Shown here: one piece after another, positions 29,143-40,178 of the stretch
How positions within the stretch are numbered: the stretch's first letter is position 1
How the letters are laid out: every line of letters starts with the position of its first letter
Source: Tolypothrix carrinoi HA7290-LM1
GTDB taxonomy: Bacteria; Cyanobacteriota; Cyanobacteriia; Cyanobacteriales; Nostocaceae
Assembly: GCA_019358935.1 (NCBI GenBank)
Contig: JAHHIK010000045.1
Location: forward strand, 1-59,608
Direction: 5' to 3'
DNA length: 59,608 nucleotides
The notes under the pieces: generated by a model
The model's input: only the letters and a program-made list of their open reading frames with translations
Database searches by the model: none
What the model was told of the DNA's origin: nothing
Translations under genes and position numbers: made by a program

Positions 29143-30624
29143 CTATTCAACTGTTTTACTTTTTACCTTTTCTTGCACTTTGGCAATGATTTTACTAACC
29201 TTCTCTGCATCAGGAGATTTCAGCCGTTGTAATATCTCCAAAGATGGCTGTAAATCGTTTATTGCAGTCACAAAATCTCCTTGCTGTTCTGCCAAACCTC
29301 CCAACCACCACAAATTCATTGCCTTACCGTGAACATTACCAATGCGTTCATTAATTTCTAAAGATTTTTGGAAGAGTACGATCGCTTCATCCACATCCCC
29401 CCGATTTGCGTAGATAATTGCAAGACAGTGTAACGTCGCTGCTTTCCCTTGAAGATTACCAATGCGTTCAAATATTTCCAAAGAGTGATTATGAAGAGCG
29501 ATCGCTTCATCCACATCCCCCTGGTTAGCGTAGATAATTGCAAGTTGGTGCAACGTCGCTGCTTTCCCTTGAAGATTACCAATGCGTTCAAATAGTTCCA
29601 AAGACTGATTATGAAGAGCGATCGCTTTTTCAACTTGCCCCCGATTTGCGTAGATAATTGCAAGTTGGTGTAACGTCGCTGCTTTCCCTTGAAGATTACC
29701 AATGCGCTCAGTTAGTTCCAAAGACTGATTATAAAGTGCGATCGCTTTTTCAACTTGCCCCAAATTATTATAAAGCGAACCTAAATTGTAGGATATACTG
29801 GATTTATTTTGAGCTAACTCTTGCTTCTCATCAACCAACTCTAAAGCTTTTATGAGAAAATATTCTGCTTTTTTTACTTCTCCAATACTGCGATAGGCGA
29901 TTCCTAGCTCTTGCAAAATATTAATGCACCTATGTACATCAACTGATGCTTTATGATTATTATCCGGGCTGTATTCCATTAACAACCTCTCAAGTAAATC
30001 AATGCGCTCTTGTCTCTCTGCTAATTTCAAAGTTCCTCTTATTTTGTCAGAGTTAAGCGTTTGATCAATCGCATAATTTTTGGTTTTTTCATCTGTTTTA
30101 AAATGAAAAACTCCTGCTCTCCAATCCCAAAAATCTGGAGCGTACTTTCCTAACCGAGTCAACGCATAATTTGGTAAAAATAATAAAATAGGATGAGGAA
30201 TGCTAGTTGTAAAAGCATCGCGGACAAAGTTGAGGTCTTGCAATACAGGGGGATATTCGCCAAACATTCCTATTGATTTTTCCAAACCGATAATAATTAC
30301 AACTAACTTTTTGTTGTCTTCAATTTTTATGACGGCTAATTTTTCAACAATTGCATCCCGCACAAAACGCAATTCTTTAGAAAAATTCCATATTTGAAAT
30401 TGTATTTCCTGACATTGTGGATGATTATGTAAAATTTCAATTAAAGCATCTCTATCTTTAGCAAAGTTGATTTCTACAAAACCGATTGTTAACTTCTCAT
30501 CGGCAAAATCGATAAATGTCAGCAGTTCTGCTAATGACTGCTGATTAAGCGTCAAAAACTTTTCTATCTCTGAATTCAACTCAGGGATTTGCTGTAATGA
30601 ATTGTAGGGCTTCTTGGAAGGCAT
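29143..30624 (-). CDS. TPR repeat protein with N-terminal degenerate NTPase-like domain
   Basis: N-terminal LNFVRDAF..PHPILLFLP..APDFWDW; four 40-aa (120-nt) near-identical repeats. Confidence 0.88.
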   Translation of the reverse strand: MPSKKPYNSLQQIPELNSEIEKFLTLNQQSLAELLTFIDFADEKLTIGFVEINFAKDRDALIEILHNHPQCQEIQFQIWNFSKELRFVRDAIVEKLAVIKIEDNKKLVVIIIGLEKSIGMFGEYPPVLQDLNFVRDAFTTSIPHPILLFLPNYALTRLGKYAPDFWDWRAGVFHFKTDEKTKNYAIDQTLNSDKIRGTLKLAERQERIDLLERLLMEYSPDNNHKASVDVHRCINILQELGIAYRSIGEVKKAEYFLIKALELVDEKQELAQNKSSISYNLGSLYNNLGQVEKAIALYNQSLELTERIGNLQGKAATLHQLAIIYANRGQVEKAIALHNQSLELFERIGNLQGKAATLHQLAIIYANQGDVDEAIALHNHSLEIFERIGNLQGKAATLHCLAIIYANRGDVDEAIVLFQKSLEINERIGNVHGKAMNLWWLGGLAEQQGDFVTAINDLQPSLEILQRLKSPDAEKVSKIIAKVQEKVKSKTVE

Positions 30625-31930
30625 TGCTTTGCCTCACAGTAGGGTTAATATAATTCCAGCGGGTTTTGCCGTTATATTCAAAAACCCAAAGACTAAACAG
30701 CATCAACCGTCCAATTTCATCTTTAGGAACATCTTTAGTTAAACACACTTCGGCTAATTCAGAATAAAGTTCTGTAGGGATACTCCGCTCAAAGTTAAAT
30801 TGCTCTTGCTTAATCGCATAAGTAACATCATCGGCAGTTACTTTATTATGTTTCCGAGTTGCTGCTGTGAGAAAAGCTTTTGCAGTTATTCGCATTAATT
30901 GGCGTACATGACCACCGCTAGCTTTGGCTAATTCGAGCAAATCTTGACGCGATTCAAATACAGCATTTATGTCAACTCGTTGCTCTATCAAACTCGCAAC
31001 CGCTTTTATCCCTACATCATTATATTCTAAATCGCAGCGTTGCCGCTCTAATTTATATATATTTACCATCGGCACAATGTTGGGTGTGTCGAAAGCGTTA
31101 CTTAAACTTTTTTCGGAATAAACTAGAGAAATTGGTGTTGTAAAAACAATCGTACAATGTAAGCTCTGCAATTGTTCCGAATAGTCAAAAAATAAATGAT
31201 TGGCTACATTGGGCGGAACTCGATCCAAGTTATCAAATATAATTAAAAATCCCTTTTGATATTCAGGATATTTTTGCCTTAGTTTAACGAAAGCATCACC
31301 CAATAATAAATTAATATCGGCTTGCAAACGCCCGATATCTTTTTGCAATAATTGGCGAATTATTTGCTTTTGTTTATCAGCTCCTTTAATTTGCGCTTGA
31401 ATTTTCCCTAAAAGCTTAGAAATAAAGGGAATTTGTCCGCCTGCTTCGGCACTGGCACTGATACTAACAGACCTTTCAACTGTTTGTTCTGTTTCTTGAG
31501 TAATTTCTTTAAACCAAGATTCAAAGTTGTGTAAGAGTTGAGCGTCAAACTTTAAACCCAATTTATATAGTTCATCAGCAACCTTTTTAATAATTACCAA
31601 ATATAAATCTGTGTATTCAGCATCCAAAATATCAATTTCCGCATCCGCTTCGATATAAATTACTTTGTATTCAACTTCCCAACGTTTCTGAATCTTCCTT
31701 AGTTCAGTACTTTTACCACATCCCCGATGCCCAGTAAACAATATGCTACAAAATTCTGCGGGTTCGAGAAAATCTAACTGAGTATTAAGACTTTCAATTG
31801 CTTCTGTGTTGCGGACGTTTGACAAGTCTACATAATATCGCTCAATGTCTGCACCAACCAAGGGTCCGACATCACAAGCGCGAAACGCTGCTTTCAAAGT
31901 AGTAGCACGGTTAGGAGGAAATGAAGCCAT
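30581..31930 (-). CDS. P-loop ATPase (AAA/STAND-like)
   Basis: Walker A GHRGCGKST, Walker B LIIFDNLDR and SGGHVRQL; overlaps the downstream TPR gene by 44 nt. Confidence 0.9.
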   Translation of the reverse strand: MASFPPNRATTLKAAFRACDVGPLVGADIERYYVDLSNVRNTEAIESLNTQLDFLEPAEFCSILFTGHRGCGKSTELRKIQKRWEVEYKVIYIEADAEIDILDAEYTDLYLVIIKKVADELYKLGLKFDAQLLHNFESWFKEITQETEQTVERSVSISASAEAGGQIPFISKLLGKIQAQIKGADKQKQIIRQLLQKDIGRLQADINLLLGDAFVKLRQKYPEYQKGFLIIFDNLDRVPPNVANHLFFDYSEQLQSLHCTIVFTTPISLVYSEKSLSNAFDTPNIVPMVNIYKLERQRCDLEYNDVGIKAVASLIEQRVDINAVFESRQDLLELAKASGGHVRQLMRITAKAFLTAATRKHNKVTADDVTYAIKQEQFNFERSIPTELYSELAEVCLTKDVPKDEIGRLMLFSLWVFEYNGKTRWNYINPTVRQSNAFQEALQFITANP

Positions 31931-31957
31931 CGGTTAAACCTAGTTAAAGTCTCCATA

Positions 31958-32128
31958 CTTATATCTTGCACCTACCCAATCTCCCGCCAAGAAATAAATT
32001 TCGCTCTTCTTTAGCTGAAGTCCACGCTTTGTGGACTAAAACTCTTCCCCAGTCGTCTTTAGACGACTTTAGCTATAAGCCTAGGAATTTATTCCTAGGC
32101 AGATTTTGCCACTGGTGGAAGATATGAG
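31958..32128. repeat. MITE-like element wrapping REP-like hairpins
   Basis: Ends CTTATATCTTGCACC / GGTGGAAGATATGAG; internal AGTCCAC..GTGGACT, AGTCGTC..GACGACT and CCTAGGAAT..ATTCCTAGG. Confidence 0.65.
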
Positions 32129-32258
32129 CATAGGCAAATTTTAGGCGATCGCTCATACCATCACCAAACACATTTTTTATTAAAAAAGGTTGAGAGAAAC
32201 ATTTTGATGATGGTACGGTCTAAAAGGTGACACAGGAGTTGAACGGATTTCTCAAAGT

Positions 32259-34265
32259 ATGAAGCGTTTTATCAGTCTTGCCTTAATATCTACCTTTCTC
32301 GCACCATTCAGCGCGATCGCTGCACCCCCCAGAAACCCAGACAAAACTGTAAATTGTGACATCTTGGTTGTCGGTGGTGGATTATCTGGGGTTGCGACAG
32401 CTTACGAAGCTTTACTTGCGGGTCGAACAGTTTGTCACACAGAAATTACCGATTGGTTGGGAGGACAAATTTCTTCTCAAGGGACATCTGCGTTAGATGA
32501 ACGTCCTACCCAACGCGCAAAACAATTCTACTCTCGCGGTTATCTAGAATTGCGAGAGCGGATTGAAAAGAAATATGGCAAACTTAACCCTGGTAACTGC
32601 TGGGTAAGCGAATCTTGCTTTCTTCCCCGCGATGGACACGAAATTCTCACCCAAATGCTTAAAGATGCGGAAAAACGCGGCAAAGGCAAGTTACAATTAT
32701 ACCCCAACACCGTAATCAAGGAGTTGGAACTTAGTAGTGATGGCAAAATAATTAATAGTGCGATCGCGATCGAACACAAACCAACTGCTTCTACACCGCT
32801 CAACACATATACTTTATCTCAAAGCATCGAAGACACTTATCGCTACGAAAATACATCCAAGTTCACTAAAAACATTATTCGCTTTGTCCCCAAACAAACA
32901 AATAAATCAGGTAACAATGCACCTAACTGGTACGTTGTAGACACCAGCGAAACCGGAGAAATTATCGCTCTAGCTGATGTTCCCTACCGTTTGGGGATTG
33001 ACGATCGCTCTTACTTAGAGCCTTCTTCCTCTAGTGCCACAAATGACCAGTATTGTACTCAAGGCTTTACCTACACCTTTGCAATGGAGGCAACCAAAGA
33101 CCCGCAACCGCAAACAATGCCTTCATTTTACCAGCAATACTCGCCATATTACAGTTACGAATTAAAGCGCCTGGCAAGCTTCCCGTTAGTTTTCACCTAT
33201 CGTCGGATTTGGAGTCCCCAACCAGGACAGCCAGGACAATTTGGCGGTGTCAAGTTTACAAATCCCGCACCTGGGGACATTTCCATGCAAAACTGGACTT
33301 GGGGTAACGATTATCGCCCAGGAACCGCTCAAGATAATTTAATCTACTCCCGTCAACAATTGCAAGCTAGCGGGCAATTGCAGCCAGGAGGTTGGATGGG
33401 TGGACTGCGGACAGACGCTTTACGCAAAGCTGAAGAAAATGCCTTTGGATATTATTACTGGTTGGTAGCCGGGACTACAGATTCTCAATTGGGAGATGGT
33501 ACAAAACAGCCACAACCCAATAACCGCTTTCTTTCCGGGCTAAATTCGCCGATGGGCACAGTGCATGGTTTATCAAAATATCCTTACATGCGCGAAGGAA
33601 GAAGAATTATCGGGCGTCCTAGTTGGGGACAACCCGCAGGCTTTATGATTTGGGAAATCGATATTTCTCGCCGCGATTACAGCGATCCGTATTACGCAAC
33701 AACACTGGGAGATAAAGAATATCGCAGGTTACGAGCAGCACTTTCAGGTTTAGAAGCCGCATCCGTACTTTCCGGACAAACCCCAGCACAAAACGCTGCG
33801 CGGCGAACTCGTTCTACTATTTTCCCCGATGCTGTGGGTATCGGTCACTACGCGATAGATTTTCATCCTTGCATGGTGAACAGCCCAGCCGAAGCACCTG
33901 GTAATAAAGAACGTCCAGGTGAAAGACGCGGCGCCGGACAAGCTTATCCCTTCCAAATTGCCCTGAGAGCGATGATTCCCCAGAAAATCGACAATTTGCT
34001 AGTTGGGGGTAAAAGTATTGCTACTAGCCATATTGCCGCCGCCGCATATCGAGTACACTCATTTGAATGGTCAGCTGGCGCCGCTGCGGGAACTATTAGT
34101 GCGTTTGCTTTGAAAAACGCGATCGCACCTTACCAACTAGTAGACAATTTGCCGCAACCAGAACCGCAACTCGAAACCGTCAAACGTCTGTTAGAACAAA
34201 ATGGCAATCCCACTGCCTTCCCCGATACCTCGATTTTTAATCAAAATTGGGAAGATTGGAAATAG
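32259..34265 (+). CDS. Secreted FAD-dependent oxidoreductase
   Basis: Signal peptide, DILVVGGGLSG, PYMREGRRI and AYRVHSFEW. Confidence 0.92.
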   Translation: MKRFISLALISTFLAPFSAIAAPPRNPDKTVNCDILVVGGGLSGVATAYEALLAGRTVCHTEITDWLGGQISSQGTSALDERPTQRAKQFYSRGYLELRERIEKKYGKLNPGNCWVSESCFLPRDGHEILTQMLKDAEKRGKGKLQLYPNTVIKELELSSDGKIINSAIAIEHKPTASTPLNTYTLSQSIEDTYRYENTSKFTKNIIRFVPKQTNKSGNNAPNWYVVDTSETGEIIALADVPYRLGIDDRSYLEPSSSSATNDQYCTQGFTYTFAMEATKDPQPQTMPSFYQQYSPYYSYELKRLASFPLVFTYRRIWSPQPGQPGQFGGVKFTNPAPGDISMQNWTWGNDYRPGTAQDNLIYSRQQLQASGQLQPGGWMGGLRTDALRKAEENAFGYYYWLVAGTTDSQLGDGTKQPQPNNRFLSGLNSPMGTVHGLSKYPYMREGRRIIGRPSWGQPAGFMIWEIDISRRDYSDPYYATTLGDKEYRRLRAALSGLEAASVLSGQTPAQNAARRTRSTIFPDAVGIGHYAIDFHPCMVNSPAEAPGNKERPGERRGAGQAYPFQIALRAMIPQKIDNLLVGGKSIATSHIAAAAYRVHSFEWSAGAAAGTISAFALKNAIAPYQLVDNLPQPEPQLETVKRLLEQNGNPTAFPDTSIFNQNWEDWK

Positions 34266-34456
34266 GGGAATTGGGCATGGGGCATGGGGCATTGGGCATT
34301 GGGCATCGGGCATTGGGCATCGGGCATTGGTAGTTATTTCCATTACCCATTCCCCATTCCCCATTACCCATTGCCCATTGCCCATTGCCCCATGCCCAAT
34401 GCCCGACTATGAACTAAACTAGTAATTTGTAGTGTAGTTTTGTAAAATCCTCTTGT

Positions 34457-34783
34457 ATGATTACCAGACTTTCAGCAGCTGTTTACGGGATGGCGACAGC
34501 ACCAACTGTAGCTCCTGAACGGTCTAGTCAAGCTACTCAAAAGCTTTATCCAAACTTTAAAGTCATTGTCTTGAATGATGATTTTAATACATTTCAGCAT
34601 GTGGCTGAGTGTTTGGTAAAGTATATACCAGGGATGACACCCGATCGCGCTTGGGATTTGACTAACCAGGTGCATTATGAAGGTCAAGCGCTCGTTTGGG
34701 TTGGTCCACAAGAACCAGCGGAACTGTATCATCAGCAGTTGCGTCGAGCTGGCTTAACAATGGCTCCTTTAGAAGCAGCATAA
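34457..34783 (+). CDS. clpS: ATP-dependent Clp protease adaptor ClpS
   Basis: KVIVLNDDFNTF and VHYEGQA; alternative start at 34490. Confidence 0.95.
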   Translation: MITRLSAAVYGMATAPTVAPERSSQATQKLYPNFKVIVLNDDFNTFQHVAECLVKYIPGMTPDRAWDLTNQVHYEGQALVWVGPQEPAELYHQQLRRAGLTMAPLEAA

Positions 34784-34788
34784 TCACA

Positions 34789-35082
34789 ATGGGCAAACCT
34801 ACTGATGCCAGATTAGTTTGGAATCACTCAACCCACATTCCCGGTCTTATCCCCATTTTAGAACGTCTCTGCCAGCACGAGGGACTGCAAACTGTCACAC
34901 CGGGAGTGATTGGACGGGTGAAAGGTCACTGCCCAAAAATGCAATTGCGCGTGTCTGTACCGATTCGCGGAGGCTTTAAGGTAATCGCACGTCAAGGTAA
35001 AACGGTGCAAGAGGTGTTTATCCTGACCAGTTTGGATCAGGATGAACTCGAAGAAGCGATCGCTCAAGCCATGAGAAAGTAA
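34789..35082 (+). CDS. DUF2103 family protein
   Basis: RLVWNHSTHIPGL, TVTPGVIG and ARQGKTVQEVF; immediately follows clpS. Confidence 0.88.
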   Translation: MGKPTDARLVWNHSTHIPGLIPILERLCQHEGLQTVTPGVIGRVKGHCPKMQLRVSVPIRGGFKVIARQGKTVQEVFILTSLDQDELEEAIAQAMRK

Positions 35083-35116
35083 TAGTAATTTGTCCCCAGT
35101 CACAAATAACAAATAA

Positions 35117-35437
35117 CTATTCTTCAACCTGATGCACTGCAAATTTGTGTAGCGGCAGACTGAGAATGCAAGAAAATGTTAATAAATATGACAATGCTGT
35201 TGTCATTCTCAACGACATTACTACCGCTGACCATTCCGGTAAAATTACTTTCTCAATACCAAAAGCAACGCAGTAAACTAACCAGTAAGTAAAGCTCATT
35301 CTTAACAGAATTCGCTCGGTTTCTTCCCATTCATTTTTTTGTTGCTTGCGATCCCACAGAAGCAACAAACCAGCAATACAAGCCACAAAAGAAACAGCAA
35401 CGACAAACTCGTGACAAATTAAGTTTACTGAATGCAT
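35117..35437 (-). CDS. Hypothetical three-TM membrane protein
   Basis: Three hydrophobic segments. The ORF-track 5' extension is STRR; start is 35437 or 35497. Confidence 0.7.
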   Translation of the reverse strand: MHSVNLICHEFVVAVSFVACIAGLLLLWDRKQQKNEWEETERILLRMSFTYWLVYCVAFGIEKVILPEWSAVVMSLRMTTALSYLLTFSCILSLPLHKFAVHQVEE

Positions 35438-35629
35438 GTTTGGATGTCCCAACTTTTTCCGATTGTTGATCAGTCTAAAGGAATAGTTGTTTGGCATACA
35501 AAAAACTTTAACAAACTGCAATATCAACTGAGAAAAGTGTAAATAATTGAAACAAATTATGAAGCTGGGTAATGGGGAATGGGGAATGGGTAATGGGGAA
35601 TGGGGAATTGGGAATTGGGCAATGGGCAA

Positions 35630-35731
35630 TGGGCTTTTTTAAGAGGGGGAAAGGGGAAAGGGGAAAGGGGAGGCAGTGCGTTGCGTATTTTCCCCCCGTT
35701 GTAGCACCTGCCGTGAAAGGGACTCATGGTA
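35630..35731 (-). repeat. Un-nested copy of the 24293-24482 element
   Basis: CCATGAGTCCC..GCTACAACG..GCAACGCACTGCCTCCCC..CTCTT.AAAAAGCCC on the minus strand. Confidence 0.75.
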
Positions 35732-35802
35732 AGTGCCCAATGCCCCATGCCCCATGCCCGATGCCCCATGCCCGATGCCCGATGCCCCATGCCCCATTCC
35801 CT

Positions 35803-36309
35803 TTATTCACAATCTTGAGTTTCACAAGCACCAATGCTTACCCAGCTACTCGAACCGTCTTGCCAATGTTCTTTTTTCCATATCGGTGCGGTATGCTTGA
35901 GGGTATCAATCGCATAACGGCAAGCTTCAAAAGCCTCACGGCGGTGAGGACAACCCACCGCTACTAAAACGCTGATTTCGCCGATTTTTAAACGCCCAAC
36001 GCGATGAGAAATCACAACTCGACTCACATCAGACCAAGAGGAACGAATATCAGCCGCAATTTGATAAAATACCCGCAGCGCCATCGGTTCGTAAGCTTGG
36101 TACTCCAGTGACATCACAGCTTTGCCATCTGTTTGATTGCGAACCATTCCACTCATCAGCACGATCGCACCATTGGCTTGATCGTCAGCTTTAGCATAGG
36201 CTTCCTCAACAGACAACGGCGCAAAAGTAATCGCAAAGCTATCTTTCGCACTTGGTTTAATCGCAGAGGCAGGTGTTGTTGTCTTAACTGAGTTCATTTT
36301 ATTCGGCAT
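35803..36309 (-). CDS. moaE: Molybdopterin synthase catalytic subunit
   Basis: GAIVLMSGMVR, LEYQAY, HRVGRL, PHRREAF and APIWKKE. Confidence 0.96.
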   Translation of the reverse strand: MPNKMNSVKTTTPASAIKPSAKDSFAITFAPLSVEEAYAKADDQANGAIVLMSGMVRNQTDGKAVMSLEYQAYEPMALRVFYQIAADIRSSWSDVSRVVISHRVGRLKIGEISVLVAVGCPHRREAFEACRYAIDTLKHTAPIWKKEHWQDGSSSWVSIGACETQDCE

Positions 36310-37042
36310 CAGTATCTACTCTTAAGTTTAAGCTTTGCTGGCACGCTGCTTAATTTAAACAGACAAGAGGCAGGGGAGAGGGGGGCACTTTGCAGGGGGC
36401 ACTCTTGCAGGGGGAGTTTGTCTTTTCGTCTTCCTTGTCTTCCTTGTCTTCCTTGTCTTCCTTGTCTCCCTTGTCTCCCCATCCCCCCCAACCCCACTTC
36501 GTGGGGACGCATGTGCCCCCCATCTCCCCATCCCCCCCAACCCCACTTCGTGGGGACGCATGTGCCCCCCATCTCCCCATCCCCCCATCCCCCTCTCCCC
36601 TTATTACTTCATCTACGCTATAAATACTAAGTAGTTCAACGTAAAGCTCTAGTTTTAACAGCCTTTTTCTCAAAAAAAATGCCAATAAATACGTAATTGA
36701 TGTATCTATTAGGTGCATTTGCGGAATTTTCCCAAAAAATCTGTCATCCTCCTAAAGACATATTACTATAGGGACAGTGACGAACTTAGCTGCTGACTGT
36801 TTTAGATATCCGGATAGTGACTTGTTTGAAGCTCTTAAGCACAGTGCGATCGCCCTACTAGCTATGTGGGCAAATTAAGCGCAAGGCAAGTTTTTGGCAG
36901 ATGTGTATGGCTGGAAGGAAAAATTTGAGGTATGCAGCATTCTCAAGCCATGACTCTTACAGCTTCCCTGCTTGTTGAAGCGAGCAACAACCATAAATAA
37001 GGCAAGGGCAAGTTGTAATTAAGCAATTGTTAGGAAAATTTT

Positions 37043-39454
37043 ATGAATACTTTAACTGTTAAAAACGAAGCAAGAAGGCTTGAGGCTCTGCGTCAATATC
37101 AAATTCTCGACACTCCACCAGAAGAAGTATTTGACGATTTGGCATTTTTAGCCGCGCAAATTTGTGGCACAGCGATCGCCGTAATTAATCTCATAGACAG
37201 CACGCGTCACTGGTTCAAAGCCAAAATCGGGCTGGATGTCCAGCAAATGCCTAGAGATATTGGGTTTTGTCCGTTTTGCATCGAAAATGGCGATAGTTTG
37301 GTTATCCCTGACACCTTGGCTGATGAACGATATGCTTCAGCTTCTGTAGTTACGTCTGAACCTTATGTAAGATTTTACGCTGGTGTACCTTTGATAGCAC
37401 CAGGCGGAGAAGCGATTGGGACTGTGTGTATAGTCGATCAAAAACCACGCCAAATTACTTCAGAACAGTTACAAGCACTCAAAGCTCTTAGCCGTGTGAT
37501 AATTAGACAATTAGAAACCAGGCGGAATTTAACTGAATTAGCAAGCATTAAAACTGACTACAAGCAAGCAAAAGAAGCACTACACGAAAGTGAATCTACC
37601 CTCCGCAGCTTTTTCGACAGCGCACCAATGATGATGGGAACTGTGGAGCTAAGGTATGATGACATCAAACATATTTCTGACAATCCTGCTAGCGCCAAAT
37701 TTTTTGGAGTCACTCCCGAAGCGATGAAAAATCGCTTTGCGAGCAATATGGGTGTACCTCAAAAGTATGTACGGAAGTGGATTAATCACTACAGTCAAGC
37801 AGAAAAAACGCGATCGCCTGTCAGCTTTGAATATTTTCACGATGGGGAGGCTAAAAAATGGCTTAGAGCTACTGTCTCTTCAATTGCTGCATGTTGCAGT
37901 AGCCCCCAAAGATTTGCTTATGTAGTTGAGGATATCACAGAACGCAAACAAGCAGAACAGCAAGTCCGCGAACAAGCAGCATTACTTGATATCTCTACAG
38001 ATGCAATTGTTGTGCGTGATTTATCCAACCAAATCTTATTATGGAACAAAACCGCCGAAAAGCTTTATGGCTGGAAAGCAGAAGAAGCTATGTGCCTGAA
38101 TATTAATCAATTAGATAATAAACCTTTGCTGCAACAAGAAATTTATCAGGCTGTTTTGTCAAATGGAACTTGGCAGGGTGAGTTACAAAAGCATACCAAA
38201 TCAGGTAAACAAATTATAGTTGAAAGTCGTTGGACTTTAGTTCGCGATGAGCATCAAAAAGCTAAATCAATTTTGGTTGTAGATACCGACATTACACAGA
38301 AAAAACAATTAGAAGCACAATTTTTACGTGCCCAGCGGATGGAGAGTCTCGGCACACTTGCTAGTGGTATTGCTCATGATTTAAATAACATGCTGTCACC
38401 GATTTTATTGTCTGTGCCACTGTTAAAGGCAAAAGTTTCGGATGAGCGCAGTCATACAGTTCTATCGATAGTAGAAAACAACGCCAAACGCGGTGCTAGT
38501 TTGGTTAAACAAGTGCTTTCTTTTGCGCGGGGAATCGAAGGCGATCGCACTGTGCTTCAGCTAAAATATCAGATTTTAGAAATGAAGCAAATTATCGAGC
38601 AAACATTTCCCAAATCAATTACACTTCAAAAAGAAATTCAACCAGACTTATGGCAAATTTGTGGTGATAGCACCCAAATACATCAGGTATTAATAAATTT
38701 GTGTGTCAATGCTCGTGATGCTATGCCCAATGGCGGCACATTAAACATTTCTGCAAAGAATATTTTCATTGATGAAAACTTTGCCAAAATGCAACTTGAT
38801 GCGAAAGTTGGTTCTTATATACTCTTGAGCGTTGCAGATACAGGAATTGGCATTAGTCAAGAAACCTTAGAGAGAATTTTTGAGCCATTTTTCACTACAA
38901 AAGAGTTTGGTAAAGGCACAGGTTTAGGACTTTCCACAGTAATGGGCATTGTTAAAGGTCACGGAGGCTTTATCACCGTATCAAGTGCGAAAGCCATTGG
39001 CACAAAATTTCAAGTTTATTTGCCAGCGGTGAATACAGACGCAATCCAGCAAGAAGAAAATCAGGAAATATTCACCGGACAGAAAGAATTGATTTTGATT
39101 GTCGATGACGAAGCCTCGATTCGCGAGATTACCACAACCTCTTTAGAAAAATATAACTACAAAGCAATTACTGCAAGTGATGGCATTGAGGCGATCGCAC
39201 TCTACGCCCAGCATAAAAACGAAATTAAAGCCGCAATTATTGATATGATGATGCCCAACATGGATGGAGCCACCACCATTAACACTTTGAAAAAAATGAA
39301 TCCGCTACTGCCTATTATTGCAGTCAGTGGATTGCCAATAAGCGAGCAAGTCTTATTAAATAAAACATATTCGCACGCAGCCTTTTTGCCAAAACCCTAT
39401 ACCACACAAGAATTATTACAAAGTTTACATCAAGTCCTTGGGCATGGGGCATAG
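37043..39454 (+). CDS. Hybrid histidine kinase GAF-PAS-PAS-HisKA-HATPase-REC
   Basis: [33 protein letters not shown] and DMMMP. Confidence 0.96.
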   Translation: MNTLTVKNEARRLEALRQYQILDTPPEEVFDDLAFLAAQICGTAIAVINLIDSTRHWFKAKIGLDVQQMPRDIGFCPFCIENGDSLVIPDTLADERYASASVVTSEPYVRFYAGVPLIAPGGEAIGTVCIVDQKPRQITSEQLQALKALSRVIIRQLETRRNLTELASIKTDYKQAKEALHESESTLRSFFDSAPMMMGTVELRYDDIKHISDNPASAKFFGVTPEAMKNRFASNMGVPQKYVRKWINHYSQAEKTRSPVSFEYFHDGEAKKWLRATVSSIAACCSSPQRFAYVVEDITERKQAEQQVREQAALLDISTDAIVVRDLSNQILLWNKTAEKLYGWKAEEAMCLNINQLDNKPLLQQEIYQAVLSNGTWQGELQKHTKSGKQIIVESRWTLVRDEHQKAKSILVVDTDITQKKQLEAQFLRAQRMESLGTLASGIAHDLNNMLSPILLSVPLLKAKVSDERSHTVLSIVENNAKRGASLVKQVLSFARGIEGDRTVLQLKYQILEMKQIIEQTFPKSITLQKEIQPDLWQICGDSTQIHQVLINLCVNARDAMPNGGTLNISAKNIFIDENFAKMQLDAKVGSYILLSVADTGIGISQETLERIFEPFFTTKEFGKGTGLGLSTVMGIVKGHGGFITVSSAKAIGTKFQVYLPAVNTDAIQQEENQEIFTGQKELILIVDDEASIREITTTSLEKYNYKAITASDGIEAIALYAQHKNEIKAAIIDMMMPNMDGATTINTLKKMNPLLPIIAVSGLPISEQVLLNKTYSHAAFLPKPYTTQELLQSLHQVLGHGA

Positions 39455-39565
39455 GGCATGGGGCATGGGGCATAGGGCATTGGGCATTGGGCATAGGGCA
39501 TTGGGCATGGGGCATTGGGCATTGGTTAGAGTTTATAATCCATAATGTTAAGGTTTTGAGCCTTA

Positions 39566-39729
39566 GAGGATGTCTCTTGAAGTATTTTATGAAACATTAA
39601 AAGCCTCGGAAACCTAACCCCCCTGCCCCCCAACACTCGGAGGGAAGGGGGTTTCAAAGCCTCTCCCCCCGTGGGGGAGAGGTTTGGAGAGGAGTTTTTG
39701 GTATATTTTAGGACTTTTCAGACATCCTC
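39566..39729. mobile_element. 164-bp MITE (IS5-like ends)
   Basis: TIR GAGGATGTCT...AGACATCCTC with TTA on both flanks; internal CCTCTCCCC..GGGGAGAGG hairpin also seen at about 58550-58680. Confidence 0.75.
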
Positions 39730-39755
39730 TTAGAAGCTCTTATGTTGAGCCTCGG

Positions 39756-39977
39756 AACTCGAAACTTGATGTTCCGAACTCGAAACTTCGTGTTCCGAAC
39801 TCGAAACTTGATGTTCCGAACTCGAAACTTGATGTTCCGAACTCGAAACTTCGTGTTCCGAACTCGAAACTTCGTGTTCCGAACTCGAAACTTCGTGTTC
39901 CGAACTCGAAACTTGATGTTCCGAACTCGAAACTTGATGTTCCGAACTCGAAACTTCGTGTTCCAAACTCGAAACTT
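39756..39977. repeat. Tandem array of 10 x 21 nt (AACTCGAAACTT[GA/CG]TGTTCCG)
   Basis: Ten contiguous units plus a partial one, in two sequence states. Confidence 0.97.
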
Positions 39978-40178
39978 CTCGTTTTTATCATTACAAGACT
40001 CTGCCTTGTAGTGTAACTACCGAGTCTGAAGCTCGTGTTAAATTTGGAGACAGCAGCCAGTAGTGAAGCATTCCCAGTCAAACACTGGCAACGAGTTACC
40101 AATGCCCCCTGCCCAATGCCCCATGCCCCCTGCCCCATGCCCCATGCCCCATGCCCCATGCCCCGTGCCCAATGACCA

